Shown: piece by piece, positions 19,077 through 29,414 of the stretch
How the letters are laid out: each line of letters opens with the position of its first letter
How positions within the stretch are numbered: the first letter of the stretch is position 1
DNA from: a virus
Taxonomy: Duplodnaviria; Caudoviricetes
Virus record (IMG/VR): IMGVR_UViG_3300028591_000200
Location: 4,132 to 68,131 of that record
DNA length: 64,000 bases
Strand: one strand, 5' to 3'
Notes under the pieces: model-generated
Database searches by the model: none
Told to the model about the DNA's origin: nothing
The model's input: the letters and a program-made list of their open reading frames with translations, nothing else
Made by a program: the position numbers and the translations under genes

Positions 19077-20597
19077 ATGGCTACTTGGTATCAAAGATTA
19101 TTTAGTCCGAAAAAGCAACAAGTTTCTCGTTTGAGAAGTACAGTTGCCGTTGGCGGTTCCATATACAGAATATCTGATTTAAGAACTAATTCCGATATTG
19201 AAGATATTCGTACACAGATTTTAGTAATGCGAGCATTGGCAAGGGATTCCCAAATCAGTACCGCATTAACCTATTATGCTACTGATGCCACTACCCCTAA
19301 TACGGCTGGCGATATTATTTGGGCTACTGCAATAGAACCCAAATATCAGGAAGTGGCTGATATTGTAAATGAATGTTTTAAGCGTTGGAAAGTAAACAAC
19401 TATGTAGGTGATCATATCTTGGAGCTGGCTACTATTGGTCAGTTCTATATGCCTACTACGGAGATGTATCGTGGTCCAGCAACTAACCAAAGACGAGAAT
19501 TGATGTCATTAGACAATAATACTCTCGCTAATATGGATTACGATTTAATACCTTCTTACATGATTCCGCCCGAAGATATTATTCATCTTTGGTATAGGGG
19601 TGAGCCACAGGGTTATGTTTATCAGCCATCTGACGCAGAATCAGGTATGTTTAGCCGTAGTGAAGCTATCTCTTATCCTGAATCTTCTATTATTCATTTT
19701 TCGCTGGGTGGCTTGCTTGGCAAGTATCATATTTCAGCATTAGATTCAAATAATAACACTATCGACTACGACATTCAGTTTGCGGATCCGCTGATGTCCA
19801 ATGCGGTACAGCCTACGCAAACATTAAGTCTTTTGGAAGATGCCCTGCTACTTTCATCTCTTACAAGAGCCGTTAAGTTCGTAAATGTTGAATGTGGCGA
19901 TTTGGGTGATGAAGATGAGATAGGACTTCAACTTCAAAAGATTAAGGATAAGATTGAGCAACAATTAGCACTTAATACCTCTACCGGAGATATTCAGAGT
20001 TTTGTAAATCCCCAAAGTCCGAATAACCTGATTTATTTGGCGAGAGTAAATGGGGCAGATGCTATATCTATTACAGATATGAATATGGCAGAAACTACCG
20101 ACAGTGATAATAAGTTATTGGACTATTATCAGAATAAGAAGTTGTCTGTTCTTGGCGTTCCCAAGGAAGCCATGAACTTCTCATCTGCCGAGGGTTTAGG
20201 TGGAGCAGGTGCGGTAATGTCACAGAGATCTGCTTTGTATGCCAATAGGCTCACAAGACTTGAAACCGCATACAAAAATGGCTGGACAGATGCCCTTAAT
20301 AAATATTTCTTATCAAGGAATATGAGTGGATTTGTTGATAAGTTTGTTCTTAATATGTCACCAATCATTACCAATATGGATCAAGTTCTGTTTGAAAAGC
20401 GTGATGCCACCATTAGTCAGGCACAGAATATTGTCAATATGATGAAAGAACTTGGCATTGAGAAGGCAGATGATTACAAGCAAGCAATCACAGAGATACT
20501 TACCCAAGCGTTCCCTCAAACTGGATCTGCGGTAAATACTTGGAAGGTAGATGTTAATGCTGGTGGCGGTGAATCCGGTGGCATGGGTGGATTTTAA
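19077..20597 (+). CDS. Portal protein (T4 gp20-like)
   Basis: About 500 aa near TerL; M..D.QISTAL..YA.DAT and HI.ELATIGQFY resemble gp20-family motifs. Confidence 0.75.
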   Translation: MATWYQRLFSPKKQQVSRLRSTVAVGGSIYRISDLRTNSDIEDIRTQILVMRALARDSQISTALTYYATDATTPNTAGDIIWATAIEPKYQEVADIVNECFKRWKVNNYVGDHILELATIGQFYMPTTEMYRGPATNQRRELMSLDNNTLANMDYDLIPSYMIPPEDIIHLWYRGEPQGYVYQPSDAESGMFSRSEAISYPESSIIHFSLGGLLGKYHISALDSNNNTIDYDIQFADPLMSNAVQPTQTLSLLEDALLLSSLTRAVKFVNVECGDLGDEDEIGLQLQKIKDKIEQQLALNTSTGDIQSFVNPQSPNNLIYLARVNGADAISITDMNMAETTDSDNKLLDYYQNKKLSVLGVPKEAMNFSSAEGLGGAGAVMSQRSALYANRLTRLETAYKNGWTDALNKYFLSRNMSGFVDKFVLNMSPIITNMDQVLFEKRDATISQAQNIVNMMKELGIEKADDYKQAITEILTQAFPQTGSAVNTWKVDVNAGGGESGGMGGF

Positions 20598-20624
20598 TGA
20601 AAGGTAGGTTAGCATAAAACCGTT

Positions 20625-20987
20625 ATGACAACTAATGAATTGACAGCTTGTTTCTTTTCAGATTTAAAGAAGTACAACACATCAAATTTCAAAACTCTTG
20701 AAAAAGCTAATCTTGCCGAAGATGGTGATAGCCCTATGGTAAGAAAAGCCTTTTCAAGTGTTATTACGAGATATTTTATTTTTAGGGAAAAGCACCCCGA
20801 AATCACAGATGAAGAAAATAAGATATTGTATTACAAACTTAAATTAGATTTAGTGGCAAAGTATTTCAGTGAATACCCTGAAACAACTACTGATAATCTT
20901 GTAGGGTTTCAGATTGAATTGAAAAACTATGTCAAAGAGCATAAAGAATATCTTGAAGTAGAGAAAGCAGAAAAGGTAACGGCATGA
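20625..20987 (+). CDS. Hypothetical protein
   Basis: ORF downstream of portal. Confidence 0.7.
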   Translation: MTTNELTACFFSDLKKYNTSNFKTLEKANLAEDGDSPMVRKAFSSVITRYFIFREKHPEITDEENKILYYKLKLDLVAKYFSEYPETTTDNLVGFQIELKNYVKEHKEYLEVEKAEKVTA

Positions 20988-21637
20988 GTAATCCGCTTCG
21001 TTATAACATCTCACATTGGGTACAGTTAGCTGAATGTAAATCAAATAATTCAACTGATCTGTATATTACGGTAAAGCAAGTAATAGATGATGGCAGTCAC
21101 AGACTTACTGGAACTATAATTATGGTAAATCATACCCAGTACGGTAATCTGTTTACCTGCCTAATCAATTCCAGCGGAAGTTTGCTGACACCCGATCCCT
21201 ATTCAGGAGTTATAAAAGAGTTCTCTACTGACGAGATACTGGAGGAATTAAATAAATTCGGCTTTGATGTTACATTTGAAATCAACCAGCATTTAAGCGG
21301 CGATCAGATTTCCTACCTTATTACACTCAACGACCTTGGCTTTGATAAGATTAGAAAGCTCTATGTCTATCGAGATGGCGATATGATCATATCCGGGAAT
21401 ACTGAAACCATTCAAAGACATTACTCGGAGTACATTGTGGCGTTTAATGTAGAAAAATGTCCTGACTGGATTCAAAATGATTACACTTGCAGTGAAAAGG
21501 TATTCCTTAATGCTCTGAATATTAGTGGGGCTATGAACCTTACGGATCTTAAACAGACTAAAGGCTTTGATTGGACTTGGCTTACTTATGTAGCAAATAT
21601 TGAAGATATTATTGAAGATAATGGGCAGGGGGATTGA
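20984..21637 (+). CDS. Hypothetical protein
   Basis: ATGA overlap. Confidence 0.75.
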   Translation: MSNPLRYNISHWVQLAECKSNNSTDLYITVKQVIDDGSHRLTGTIIMVNHTQYGNLFTCLINSSGSLLTPDPYSGVIKEFSTDEILEELNKFGFDVTFEINQHLSGDQISYLITLNDLGFDKIRKLYVYRDGDMIISGNTETIQRHYSEYIVAFNVEKCPDWIQNDYTCSEKVFLNALNISGAMNLTDLKQTKGFDWTWLTYVANIEDIIEDNGQGD

Positions 21638-21640
21638 GTT

Positions 21641-21934
21641 ATGAAAAGATATGTTAGAGCAAACGGGCAACCAATAGTACAATCTGCCCCAGAACCCATA
21701 GGCTACGGTCCAGTTTTAACCATAGATACCCTGAAAGTAAGAAAAACTGACTATGCAACTTACCAATATAACAGAGTACGCAGAGTATATGAAGACGCTG
21801 TAGGTCGTTGTGCCGATGGTAGTAAGTTATTATACTATCAATATGCTAATCATCTGCATATTGTATATTTTAGTGATTGTTACTTAAATGGTCCAATGTC
21901 TATGCTACGCTGGGAACATTCACACGGTCTCTGA
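21641..21934 (+). CDS. Protein with MKRYVRAN leader
   Basis: ORF and leader. Confidence 0.7.
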   Translation: MKRYVRANGQPIVQSAPEPIGYGPVLTIDTLKVRKTDYATYQYNRVRRVYEDAVGRCADGSKLLYYQYANHLHIVYFSDCYLNGPMSMLRWEHSHGL

Positions 21935-21953
21935 ACTTGGGGAATAATGCCAT

Positions 21954-22421
21954 ATGAAAATATACATTCGGGCATATTGGTTTGATGATGACAATGAATC
22001 CATAGATGATTTCATCTATGGGCGTAATCATTATTCTGATAGTGCTGATGATATAGGTGAACCCGAAGAAGTTATACCGTATGATCCTGATGAAGATACT
22101 ATTGGGTACAGTGATTTTGATGAGTATGAACTTTACGACTATTCTGAATACGAAGATTTTTATGATCACATAAAGAAACGAAAGGTTTATGTGCCTTTGC
22201 GAGTAGCAAGAGATATTCCTGATTACAATGCTTATCGTAAAAACCTATTTGGGACTTTATATCTGTCAATGCAATCAGGCGAATCAATAGAAACCTTATA
22301 CGATGAGATCTGTTCTACATTTCCCGGAATACTGAAAGCTGATGTTATAAATGAATCTGATATGCTTTTAGAGATTGTGGATGCCACACTGTATGCACAA
22401 AATCTTTTAAATGCGGCTTAA
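21954..22421 (+). CDS. Highly acidic protein with MKIYIRA leader
   Basis: D/E/Y-rich N-terminal half. Confidence 0.7.
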   Translation: MKIYIRAYWFDDDNESIDDFIYGRNHYSDSADDIGEPEEVIPYDPDEDTIGYSDFDEYELYDYSEYEDFYDHIKKRKVYVPLRVARDIPDYNAYRKNLFGTLYLSMQSGESIETLYDEICSTFPGILKADVINESDMLLEIVDATLYAQNLLNAA

Positions 22422-22436
22422 ATAAGGAGACTATTT

Positions 22437-22766
22437 ATGAAACGATACATTAGAAGTTCAGGGGATATTTCTTATACACTACTTAAACAGGCTATGGATA
22501 TGGTTAAGTGTTTCGACCATACTGAATACGACATAGATAATCACCGTATTGTAGTACCGTTAAGCCCCGGAACCACCAAAGACGATATTATGCAAGAGGG
22601 TATGTTAGGTTCTTGGTTTGTAGATCATGGATTTGAGCTATCTTTTACTACTGGTGATTTTGAGTATCTGACCAAGGGGACATTAAATACAAGGGCTATG
22701 CGTAGAGAAGGTGCTGGCAATAAAAGATATTTACGCAATAGAACCATTATGACAATAACTTGGTGA
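22437..22766 (+). CDS. Protein with MKRYIRSS leader
   Basis: SD AAGGAG. Confidence 0.75.
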   Translation: MKRYIRSSGDISYTLLKQAMDMVKCFDHTEYDIDNHRIVVPLSPGTTKDDIMQEGMLGSWFVDHGFELSFTTGDFEYLTKGTLNTRAMRREGAGNKRYLRNRTIMTITW

Positions 22767-22806
22767 TGATTTAATATACTGATGAATTTTTGAAAAGGAA
22801 ACTACA

Positions 22807-23352
22807 ATGAGTAATCACTTAATAGGTTCAGATATAACATTAATGCGTAAAAGATACAATGAAGCTCTCCAAATGAGAGGGATCCCCTGTACCTATCAAT
22901 TTCCTAATCTTGCGCAAGCTAATGAGCAGGGCGAACCGGAGATTGACAGTTATTCTGAACCTATGCCTACTCATGTATTTTATGATGGTAATCCAAAAGT
23001 AAAAACATTCAAGAGGTTTGGCTGGGTAGTTGATAATGATAAGGATTTACCATTTTTGATCCATTGTAGCTGGGATTTACCCAAAGTACAAAAAGATAGT
23101 ATTTTTAGTATTGCAGGTGAGTATTCTGAATTGCCTGAAAGGAAGTTCAGGGTTACAGAGATAAGTTATGATCTCCAAGCCCCTGATCACCTTGTATGTC
23201 AGATAGTCCCCGTTGCTAATAATCAACCGATTGTTGGGAAAACAAGAAAAGAGATTGCACAGACATTTAATAAATCCAGCTATTTTATTAAAGATAATTC
23301 GGATTATCGTGGCGCACCAGTAGACGGAGCCTATCATCCGGGAGATAAGTGA
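22807..23352 (+). CDS. Candidate neck/head-completion protein
   Basis: Size, beta-rich content and context only. Confidence 0.35.
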   Translation: MSNHLIGSDITLMRKRYNEALQMRGIPCTYQFPNLAQANEQGEPEIDSYSEPMPTHVFYDGNPKVKTFKRFGWVVDNDKDLPFLIHCSWDLPKVQKDSIFSIAGEYSELPERKFRVTEISYDLQAPDHLVCQIVPVANNQPIVGKTRKEIAQTFNKSSYFIKDNSDYRGAPVDGAYHPGDK

Positions 23353-24020
23353 GGATAGCAATTATGATAGACCTTGAGGGACTTACAGTTTGGGATATTT
23401 ATAAAATGATCTTAACTGCAAAACCATTGTCTAATAAACGGTACGAGCAAAACATGGAGTTTAGTCGTGGTTTTGATGATATGTATTTTAATGATGCGGT
23501 TGAGTTAGTCGGAGATACTGACTACGAAATCCCATTTGTTCACAGGCATAACATTGAAATCTCTAAATGTTGGTTTGTAGGTACTGGTGACTGGGGCGAA
23601 CCTATATCATTATTAGGCGGTGCTGATTACTATAAATCAGGTAAGCGAGTTCCCAGAACTGTTCAATATACCGTAGGTGTATATGGAGACAACCCTGATG
23701 AAAATATTATGTCATATCTGACTTTTGATGACGCTCTGCAAAGTGCTTTATATTATCTTCAGGGAGATTCTTCTTGGCAGGATTTAGTTACAGAAACTAT
23801 CTATCAGAATACCCGTAATCCCAATAAGTTTTTAAGTGTGTTCACTTTTAATACGGATTACGGAGATGAATACTATGTAATGCAATACATTGAAACCTAT
23901 AATCCTGCATTGGATAAGATAAATAGAAATAATATTGGCAATAGACTTGGGGAAGATTATCATTATAAATATTCTAAATCCGATTTAGATATACTATTAG
24001 AGGACTATGTTGAAGTATAG
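23349..24020 (+). CDS. Hypothetical protein
   Basis: GTGA overlap; SD GGAG. Confidence 0.65.
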   Translation: MRIAIMIDLEGLTVWDIYKMILTAKPLSNKRYEQNMEFSRGFDDMYFNDAVELVGDTDYEIPFVHRHNIEISKCWFVGTGDWGEPISLLGGADYYKSGKRVPRTVQYTVGVYGDNPDENIMSYLTFDDALQSALYYLQGDSSWQDLVTETIYQNTRNPNKFLSVFTFNTDYGDEYYVMQYIETYNPALDKINRNNIGNRLGEDYHYKYSKSDLDILLEDYVEV

Positions 24021-24084
24021 TGAAACCTTTTATTTATATAGTCGTTAGAATATGAGGTTTATTGATTTGGTGAGGAAAGATTAA

Positions 24085-24708
24085 GTGTTATACCTTTACG
24101 ACCGGGCGATATGTGACAATCTCAAAGCGTCATTGACTGATGCCGCTAATCAGAATGTCTTTTTAACTACTCCTGAAAACTATCCGGGGATCCTTGCCCA
24201 AATTCAAGATGACACTATTACTTATCCGCTCATACTGTTACATAGGGAAGATGATGTCCAAATCATCAAGGAGTTGATGAATTTTACAAGGTATCAGTTT
24301 GGTGTACCCTGCTCTTTTGATAATAAAACAAACAATGTTTACTACGAAAGAGCATTACCAGTAGGACTTAATTATACTTTGAGAATACTGTCAACTACCG
24401 TTGCTGAAACTGATGAGCTGGCAAGGGAGTTGTTCTATAAGTATATTTCCATGTATTACCTTACTATCCAGTTGCCTTATGAATCAGATCGAAAGTTGAG
24501 ATTTGGTATTTCCGTAGATCCTGATTATGGCATTAAACGAGAATCCGGTAGCGCTGAATACACCCAAACAGGCTCCTTGTATCAATCTACTATGATGCTT
24601 AAAACCGAAGGTTGCGTATCATTAACATACACTTCAAGGCATTTACAGCGAAGTGTTATTGCTACTGATAAGGTAGGAGTTGAAAATCCGAAACCTAAAA
24701 ATACTTAA
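24085..24708 (+). CDS. Candidate tail terminator/sheath stabiliser
   Basis: YP.I.L.R...P..LNY.L.I.S.......EL pattern; late motif at 24023. Confidence 0.45.
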   Translation: MLYLYDRAICDNLKASLTDAANQNVFLTTPENYPGILAQIQDDTITYPLILLHREDDVQIIKELMNFTRYQFGVPCSFDNKTNNVYYERALPVGLNYTLRILSTTVAETDELARELFYKYISMYYLTIQLPYESDRKLRFGISVDPDYGIKRESGSAEYTQTGSLYQSTMMLKTEGCVSLTYTSRHLQRSVIATDKVGVENPKPKNT

Positions 24709-25442
24709 CTGTATTTATAAGTTACATATTCACAAAGATAGAACGGAACATACTTATCGGTATCTTCCGTTTTTATATGCCATTTTGCCCCATTTGGATT
24801 CCACCAAATCTTTTTCTTGTTAGTTCGGGAAATTACGGTTGCTCCGATAAGCTGATATATAGTATTGGTGTACGAATTTTCAGTAGTGTCTCTAATTAAA
24901 ACTTCTGAAAATCCAAACATCTCTGTTAAGTACCGTAGCATCATGTATGTTCCGTAAGCTACTGAACAGTCCTGCTTTGTTACATTGGCTATTATTTTAT
25001 TATCTTTAATAATAATACATTGATATATGGTCTGATCCTTTATCCAAGCCAGCCGAAGAACATCTTTATCATAGATAGGAGTTGCCCCATTATCTTTTAG
25101 AAACCTATTGGCAGATTTTCTGTTGAGTTTCCATATACTTAAGTCCTGCGTGTCCAGTACAGTTTTTGGGAATATCCGTTCCAGCACTCTATTCATATCA
25201 GCATCAAAATTTATCCTGATGTAATTGTATTCATAGTTATTTACTGGATAATATTCAAAATCAAGTAGCAGATCCTTGCTGGGTATATAGATCCTATATA
25301 GATGATTACCTACCCAGTAGTTCCATGTATATTCAACATCATGACTGGTAAGCCACATTTCAGCGGCACTTACTTTATCCTTTATCATTTCGGTAAATTG
25401 CTTGTATATTTCAGATGTCAGGTTTGGCTGTGATATATTCAT
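24705..25442 (-). CDS. Degenerate Hef-like homing-endonuclease homologue; the only well-supported minus-strand gene
   Basis: I..L..K.AN.FL..N ... YG..ML.Y ... D......Y..IG.......W pattern; own AACCTTTTAT motif on the minus strand. Confidence 0.45.
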   Translation of the reverse strand: MNISQPNLTSEIYKQFTEMIKDKVSAAEMWLTSHDVEYTWNYWVGNHLYRIYIPSKDLLLDFEYYPVNNYEYNYIRINFDADMNRVLERIFPKTVLDTQDLSIWKLNRKSANRFLKDNGATPIYDKDVLRLAWIKDQTIYQCIIIKDNKIIANVTKQDCSVAYGTYMMLRYLTEMFGFSEVLIRDTTENSYTNTIYQLIGATVISRTNKKKIWWNPNGAKWHIKTEDTDKYVPFYLCEYVTYKYS

Positions 25443-25552
25443 AGTTTTGAAACCAACTGATACTATTTGAATTTTTTAATTACCCTTTCATAAAAGGTTG
25501 TTATTACCTTGTATGAATGTATCAAACTATTATTTATAGGAGGAATGTAAAG

Positions 25553-26098
25553 ATGTTTACTCCCTTGGCTATGGGTACAAATCACATGCTTGGCATTGAT
25601 AACTATGTACCGCTTTCACAACAAAACTTTGAAATCCGTATCTATAATATGGATGGTACAACCCCTGCGGAATTTTCAGATCTTTTAACGCTCTCTACAA
25701 AAGAGGTAGCAGAGATTTCCGAAAGTGAAGAAGCTCTTGAGGTACATTATGGTAATGGTATCATCAAGTTTCCGGGTAAGGTTACTTATGGCGAAGTTAA
25801 TTGGACTTTGCAGTGCTATACCACACCTAATGTAGTTACAGCTCTCCGTGATTGGAGAACAAAGGTCTATGATCCAGTAACAGAGAAGATGGGATTGCCA
25901 TCAGATTATATGCGTCAGGTTTTCTTCATCAAGTATGATGGTCAAGGAAATCCGAGAGATATTATTCGTTGTCCGGGTACTTGGATCAGAAATCTCTCCA
26001 ATGGTGCTATGAATCAGAATGGCGGTCTTGTTGAGGTTACTGTTGAGCTTGTAATTTCCAAGGCGATCTATATGAAGCCTGAAGATTTCCAGTCCTGA
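25553..26098 (+). CDS. Tail tube protein (T4 gp19-like)
   Basis: SD AGGAGG at ATG 25553; KFPGKVTY...W...DP...G.PSDY...YD..G....W. Confidence 0.85.
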   Translation: MFTPLAMGTNHMLGIDNYVPLSQQNFEIRIYNMDGTTPAEFSDLLTLSTKEVAEISESEEALEVHYGNGIIKFPGKVTYGEVNWTLQCYTTPNVVTALRDWRTKVYDPVTEKMGLPSDYMRQVFFIKYDGQGNPRDIIRCPGTWIRNLSNGAMNQNGGLVEVTVELVISKAIYMKPEDFQS

Positions 26099-26113
26099 TA
26101 ATTATTTTGAAGG

Positions 26114-26150
26114 TAGAGGGTAGTCTATCAAGGCTACCCTCTATCATTTT
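26114..26150 (+). terminator. Rho-independent terminator
   Basis: TAGAGGGTAG / CTACCCTCTA stem. Confidence 0.75.
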
Positions 26151-26235
26151 AATTTACTCATTTATTACGAAATGACGAAGTTGACAAATTAAATGACTAA
26201 ATTAAAATCTATATTATTTTATATCAAATAATATC

Positions 26236-26264
26236 TTGACATATATAACATATAATATTAAAAT
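26236..26264 (+). promoter_or_regulatory. Possible sigma-A promoter
   Basis: TTGACA-17-TAAAAT in AT-rich DNA. Confidence 0.45.
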
Positions 26265-26337
26265 CAGGCTGTGTAGATGCAGGTACTTTATACAAACCTT
26301 ATATCTATATAGCAATATTTTAAGGAGATATAAAATT

Positions 26338-26796
26338 ATGGCGAGTTGGAAAGAACAACGAGATGGTGGCTACGGAACCATTTATAGACCGGATAATATT
26401 GTTGTAGATATTACCCCTGACTGGGAACTTACTCTTGACGGTACATTAGACGAAATGATGGAAAACTTCTATTGGGAGGACAATGACGAGGGTGGAGATG
26501 GTGGCACTCTTTTCTTCGGTGTTGGTGTTCTCACAAACAAGAACGATGGCAGGAAGATTATGTTCAAATTTTGGTTGCCATATTACATATTTGGTAATCT
26601 TGAAGATCCCGATGAATTTCATTTAGACCACATGACTTATGATCAAACGGATCTTGATGTATGCGATGAACATTTTATGTCTATTGATGACGCTGATGCA
26701 GAAGATATTGTTAATTGGGAATTAGAAGATGATATTATTTCCGGCTTGTACGACATTGTTGATGCTAATTTGTATAAGTTTGGATATGATTTGTAA
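26338..26796 (+). CDS. Acidic hypothetical protein
   Basis: SD AAGGAG at ATG 26338; late motif at 26294. Confidence 0.75.
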   Translation: MASWKEQRDGGYGTIYRPDNIVVDITPDWELTLDGTLDEMMENFYWEDNDEGGDGGTLFFGVGVLTNKNDGRKIMFKFWLPYYIFGNLEDPDEFHLDHMTYDQTDLDVCDEHFMSIDDADAEDIVNWELEDDIISGLYDIVDANLYKFGYDL

Positions 26797-26811
26797 AGGA
26801 GATATAAAACT

Positions 26812-27600
26812 ATGGGTGCTGGTGCAGGTTATACTATTGAAACTAAAGATGTAAAGATTGTTGGCGATGTTCAGATCAATTCCTTTGAGAAGATCGGAGA
26901 AGATAGTAATGCTATTTTCCGTTATGATGTTATTGATGTAGATTGTAATATCTCTCTTATTGGTTCAGTTAGAGCTACATCTTATATGTTCGGGTGCGAC
27001 TGGATTAAGGATGTTCCTATGACTGTTACAGGGGTATCTATTAATTTTCTCAATGATGGAGGTAATGCTGAAATTTCAGAGGGCGATATTGCTGACATAC
27101 TTAATAATACCCAAAATTATATCGGAGAAGCTATATATGGTGGTGGTTGGTCACATTCTACCTTTGACGGTACTTTTGAACTTCGCCCTGAAGATGATTA
27201 TGCAGATGATATTGATAATGTAATTATTACTATTGATAATAAGTATATTGTAGATTTCATTGATCTTGCCGTTACCGGAGATAACAAAGAATATTCCGTA
27301 GTCCTTAATGGGGAGCCAGTTGATTCATTTGAAGATCAGGATGAAGCTATTGACCAGTTGGATGCGTGGATTCGTGATGACATTTCTGCAAAGGGCATTG
27401 ATAGCATTGATTTTTCTGAATGTTTTGTTGAAGAACTCTTTTGGCAGGAAAATGTTGATGGTGAAATTGATTTCGTGGAACCTTGGTATGACAACATTGT
27501 ATATCGTGCAGATGAGAGCGATTTTGAGGATTTTTTGGGTGCTGTGGAAGAACTCAATGAAGAAGATGATACCGGAGTTGATGAAGGATTTGATATTTAA
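26812..27600 (+). CDS. Acidic two-domain protein
   Basis: C-domain homologous to the C-domain of 5501-6121. Confidence 0.8.
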   Translation: MGAGAGYTIETKDVKIVGDVQINSFEKIGEDSNAIFRYDVIDVDCNISLIGSVRATSYMFGCDWIKDVPMTVTGVSINFLNDGGNAEISEGDIADILNNTQNYIGEAIYGGGWSHSTFDGTFELRPEDDYADDIDNVIITIDNKYIVDFIDLAVTGDNKEYSVVLNGEPVDSFEDQDEAIDQLDAWIRDDISAKGIDSIDFSECFVEELFWQENVDGEIDFVEPWYDNIVYRADESDFEDFLGAVEELNEEDDTGVDEGFDI

Positions 27601-27614
27601 GGAGATGAATAACT

Positions 27615-27878
27615 ATGCAGGATTATGAAGTAAAAGATTTTATTGATATGGAAATCGAGCAGAAGTTGGATTACCTTTGGGATCTGTTTCTTGATTTGGG
27701 AATCTGTTCAGAAGAAACATTAACCGTAGTCGTTAAGATAAATGGGTACAATGCTCAAACAATGGAAGATGTTTTATATGTAACTACTGGGCTTCGTAGC
27801 ATAGAACAGCTTTGTGATGAGTTCGAACTTTCTCCCGAAGATTATCCTGAACTGTTTCATATTGATACCGAAGAATAA
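27615..27878 (+). CDS. Small acidic phage protein (G...EE.L..V..INGYN...L)
   Basis: SD AGGAG. Confidence 0.75.
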   Translation: MQDYEVKDFIDMEIEQKLDYLWDLFLDLGICSEETLTVVVKINGYNAQTMEDVLYVTTGLRSIEQLCDEFELSPEDYPELFHIDTEE

Positions 27879-27890
27879 AGGAGCATATTC

Positions 27891-28250
27891 ATGAAACGCT
27901 ATATGCCAAATAGATCTGCCAGCAATAGATCCAAGTATGTTAGATCAGATATAAACTCCTATTCTCCGAGATACTTTGCGAACATGGTAAGTTGTGCAAC
28001 CGAAGATGAAGATGATTATGGAGATAACTTCTTAATAGAAGGATTTTATGATAATCAGAGAAGGAGTTTAGCAGAATCCGCAGAAACTTCTGATGTGTCT
28101 GCACTCAACGAACTTGCCAATGAGTATGCTAATAAAGGGTACTATATTGTAGTTCATGACCTTATAGATGGTACGGTCACTGAATTTTCTGCGGATACTT
28201 GGTTTGATGAATTAGCACCCAATGGCGCTTTATTATTTATGAGATGGTGA
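27891..28250 (+). CDS. Protein with doubled leader (MKRYM...KYVRSDINSYS)
   Basis: SD AGGAG. Confidence 0.75.
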   Translation: MKRYMPNRSASNRSKYVRSDINSYSPRYFANMVSCATEDEDDYGDNFLIEGFYDNQRRSLAESAETSDVSALNELANEYANKGYYIVVHDLIDGTVTEFSADTWFDELAPNGALLFMRW

Positions 28251-28259
28251 GGTATTATT

Positions 28260-28661
28260 ATGAAAAAGTATGTTAGAGCAAATGCCGGGAGCAATCTTGT
28301 TTATCACAACTATGGTGATGTGAATTTTGCTGATTTCGGAAGGTTAGTTGCCAAGGATCCGGATAGAGAAAATTGCTACTATGTAATCACTTGTGATCCT
28401 GTTTATGACACGGCTGAACCTACATGGTCTATTACTGAAAACTATGTCGATTTGGAAGATGACTGGTTTGATGTAGATGAGATCAATAGGTGGGCAGGTA
28501 GTTCTCTTGAAACCGAACCTGAAGCACTGGCTTTCATGATTATTGATTATTACGGCTCACAGAACCCTTATGATGATAGAATGGTATCATCAGAAGAAGC
28601 TGAAAAATTCTTAAACAGCCTTAATGTAGCAGACGAAGTATATTGGGGAGCATCTGTTTGA
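28260..28661 (+). CDS. Acidic protein with MKKYVRAN leader
   Basis: SD GAGGT. Confidence 0.75.
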   Translation: MKKYVRANAGSNLVYHNYGDVNFADFGRLVAKDPDRENCYYVITCDPVYDTAEPTWSITENYVDLEDDWFDVDEINRWAGSSLETEPEALAFMIIDYYGSQNPYDDRMVSSEEAEKFLNSLNVADEVYWGASV

Positions 28662-28682
28662 TTTTTATTGAAGGGAAAATAT

Positions 28683-29069
28683 ATGAAGAAATATATCAAG
28701 TCAGACATAAATTCTTATTCTTACACAGGTTCAGGTTTTGCAGATGATAGTATCGTTTTGGCACACTACACTAAAGGGGACAGTAATCATTACGATGATT
28801 GGGTAGAGGTGTCCTTAATCCAAGACGGTTTTACTTGTTATGTTGAAGTAGAGGATTTCTATGATGATGAGCGTACATATTACAAGGCTTACTGCATGTC
28901 CGATATTGAATCTGCATTAGCTGATTTTAATGAAAAGGCAAAGGCTTTAGGTTGCTGGAAAACTACTACTTTAGCTGATTTAGATATGCACTTATCCGAG
29001 GGTTACGGAAAATCCATATATGATTATCTCCCCGGCGGCTATTATGATAATTTAAGGAAAAACAAATAA
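28683..29069 (+). CDS. Acidic protein with MKKYIKSDINSYS leader
   Basis: ATG 28683 with AAGGG SD. Confidence 0.75.
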   Translation: MKKYIKSDINSYSYTGSGFADDSIVLAHYTKGDSNHYDDWVEVSLIQDGFTCYVEVEDFYDDERTYYKAYCMSDIESALADFNEKAKALGCWKTTTLADLDMHLSEGYGKSIYDYLPGGYYDNLRKNK

Positions 29070-29130
29070 GTGGTGCAAAAGCGACATTTAACAACTTTGT
29101 TGAAGAATATAATTAAGGAGAATAATCACT

Positions 29131-29406
29131 ATGTCAAGAATACCACAAGACGAACTTACCATATTAAAAGCGGCAACTGCCGTTAAGACAGTAGCGGCAA
29201 GTGCGGTGGCAGAATTAGAGGAGATGTCTGTTGCTCATCTTATCAATACCGCCGCTAATACTGGTGAGTATCAAGCCGTGTATAGCAAACCCATAAGTTC
29301 AGCATTAAGAACTAAACTGGAAGGGCAGGGATATACCCTTTCTTCTCCTTACCCGATTGCTAAACCCGGGGATGAAACAATTATTAGCTGGAAAGACGCT
29401 GAATAA
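29131..29406 (+). CDS. Small Ala-rich protein, possibly structural
   Basis: SD AAGGAG. Confidence 0.7.
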   Translation: MSRIPQDELTILKAATAVKTVAASAVAELEEMSVAHLINTAANTGEYQAVYSKPISSALRTKLEGQGYTLSSPYPIAKPGDETIISWKDAE

Positions 29407-29414
29407 AATTAACT

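Noticed and set aside
26150-26330. AT-rich tract with short AAATGAC/AAATTAAA repeats as a replication origin
   Set aside because: Repeats are short and irregular; promoters explain the tract adequately.
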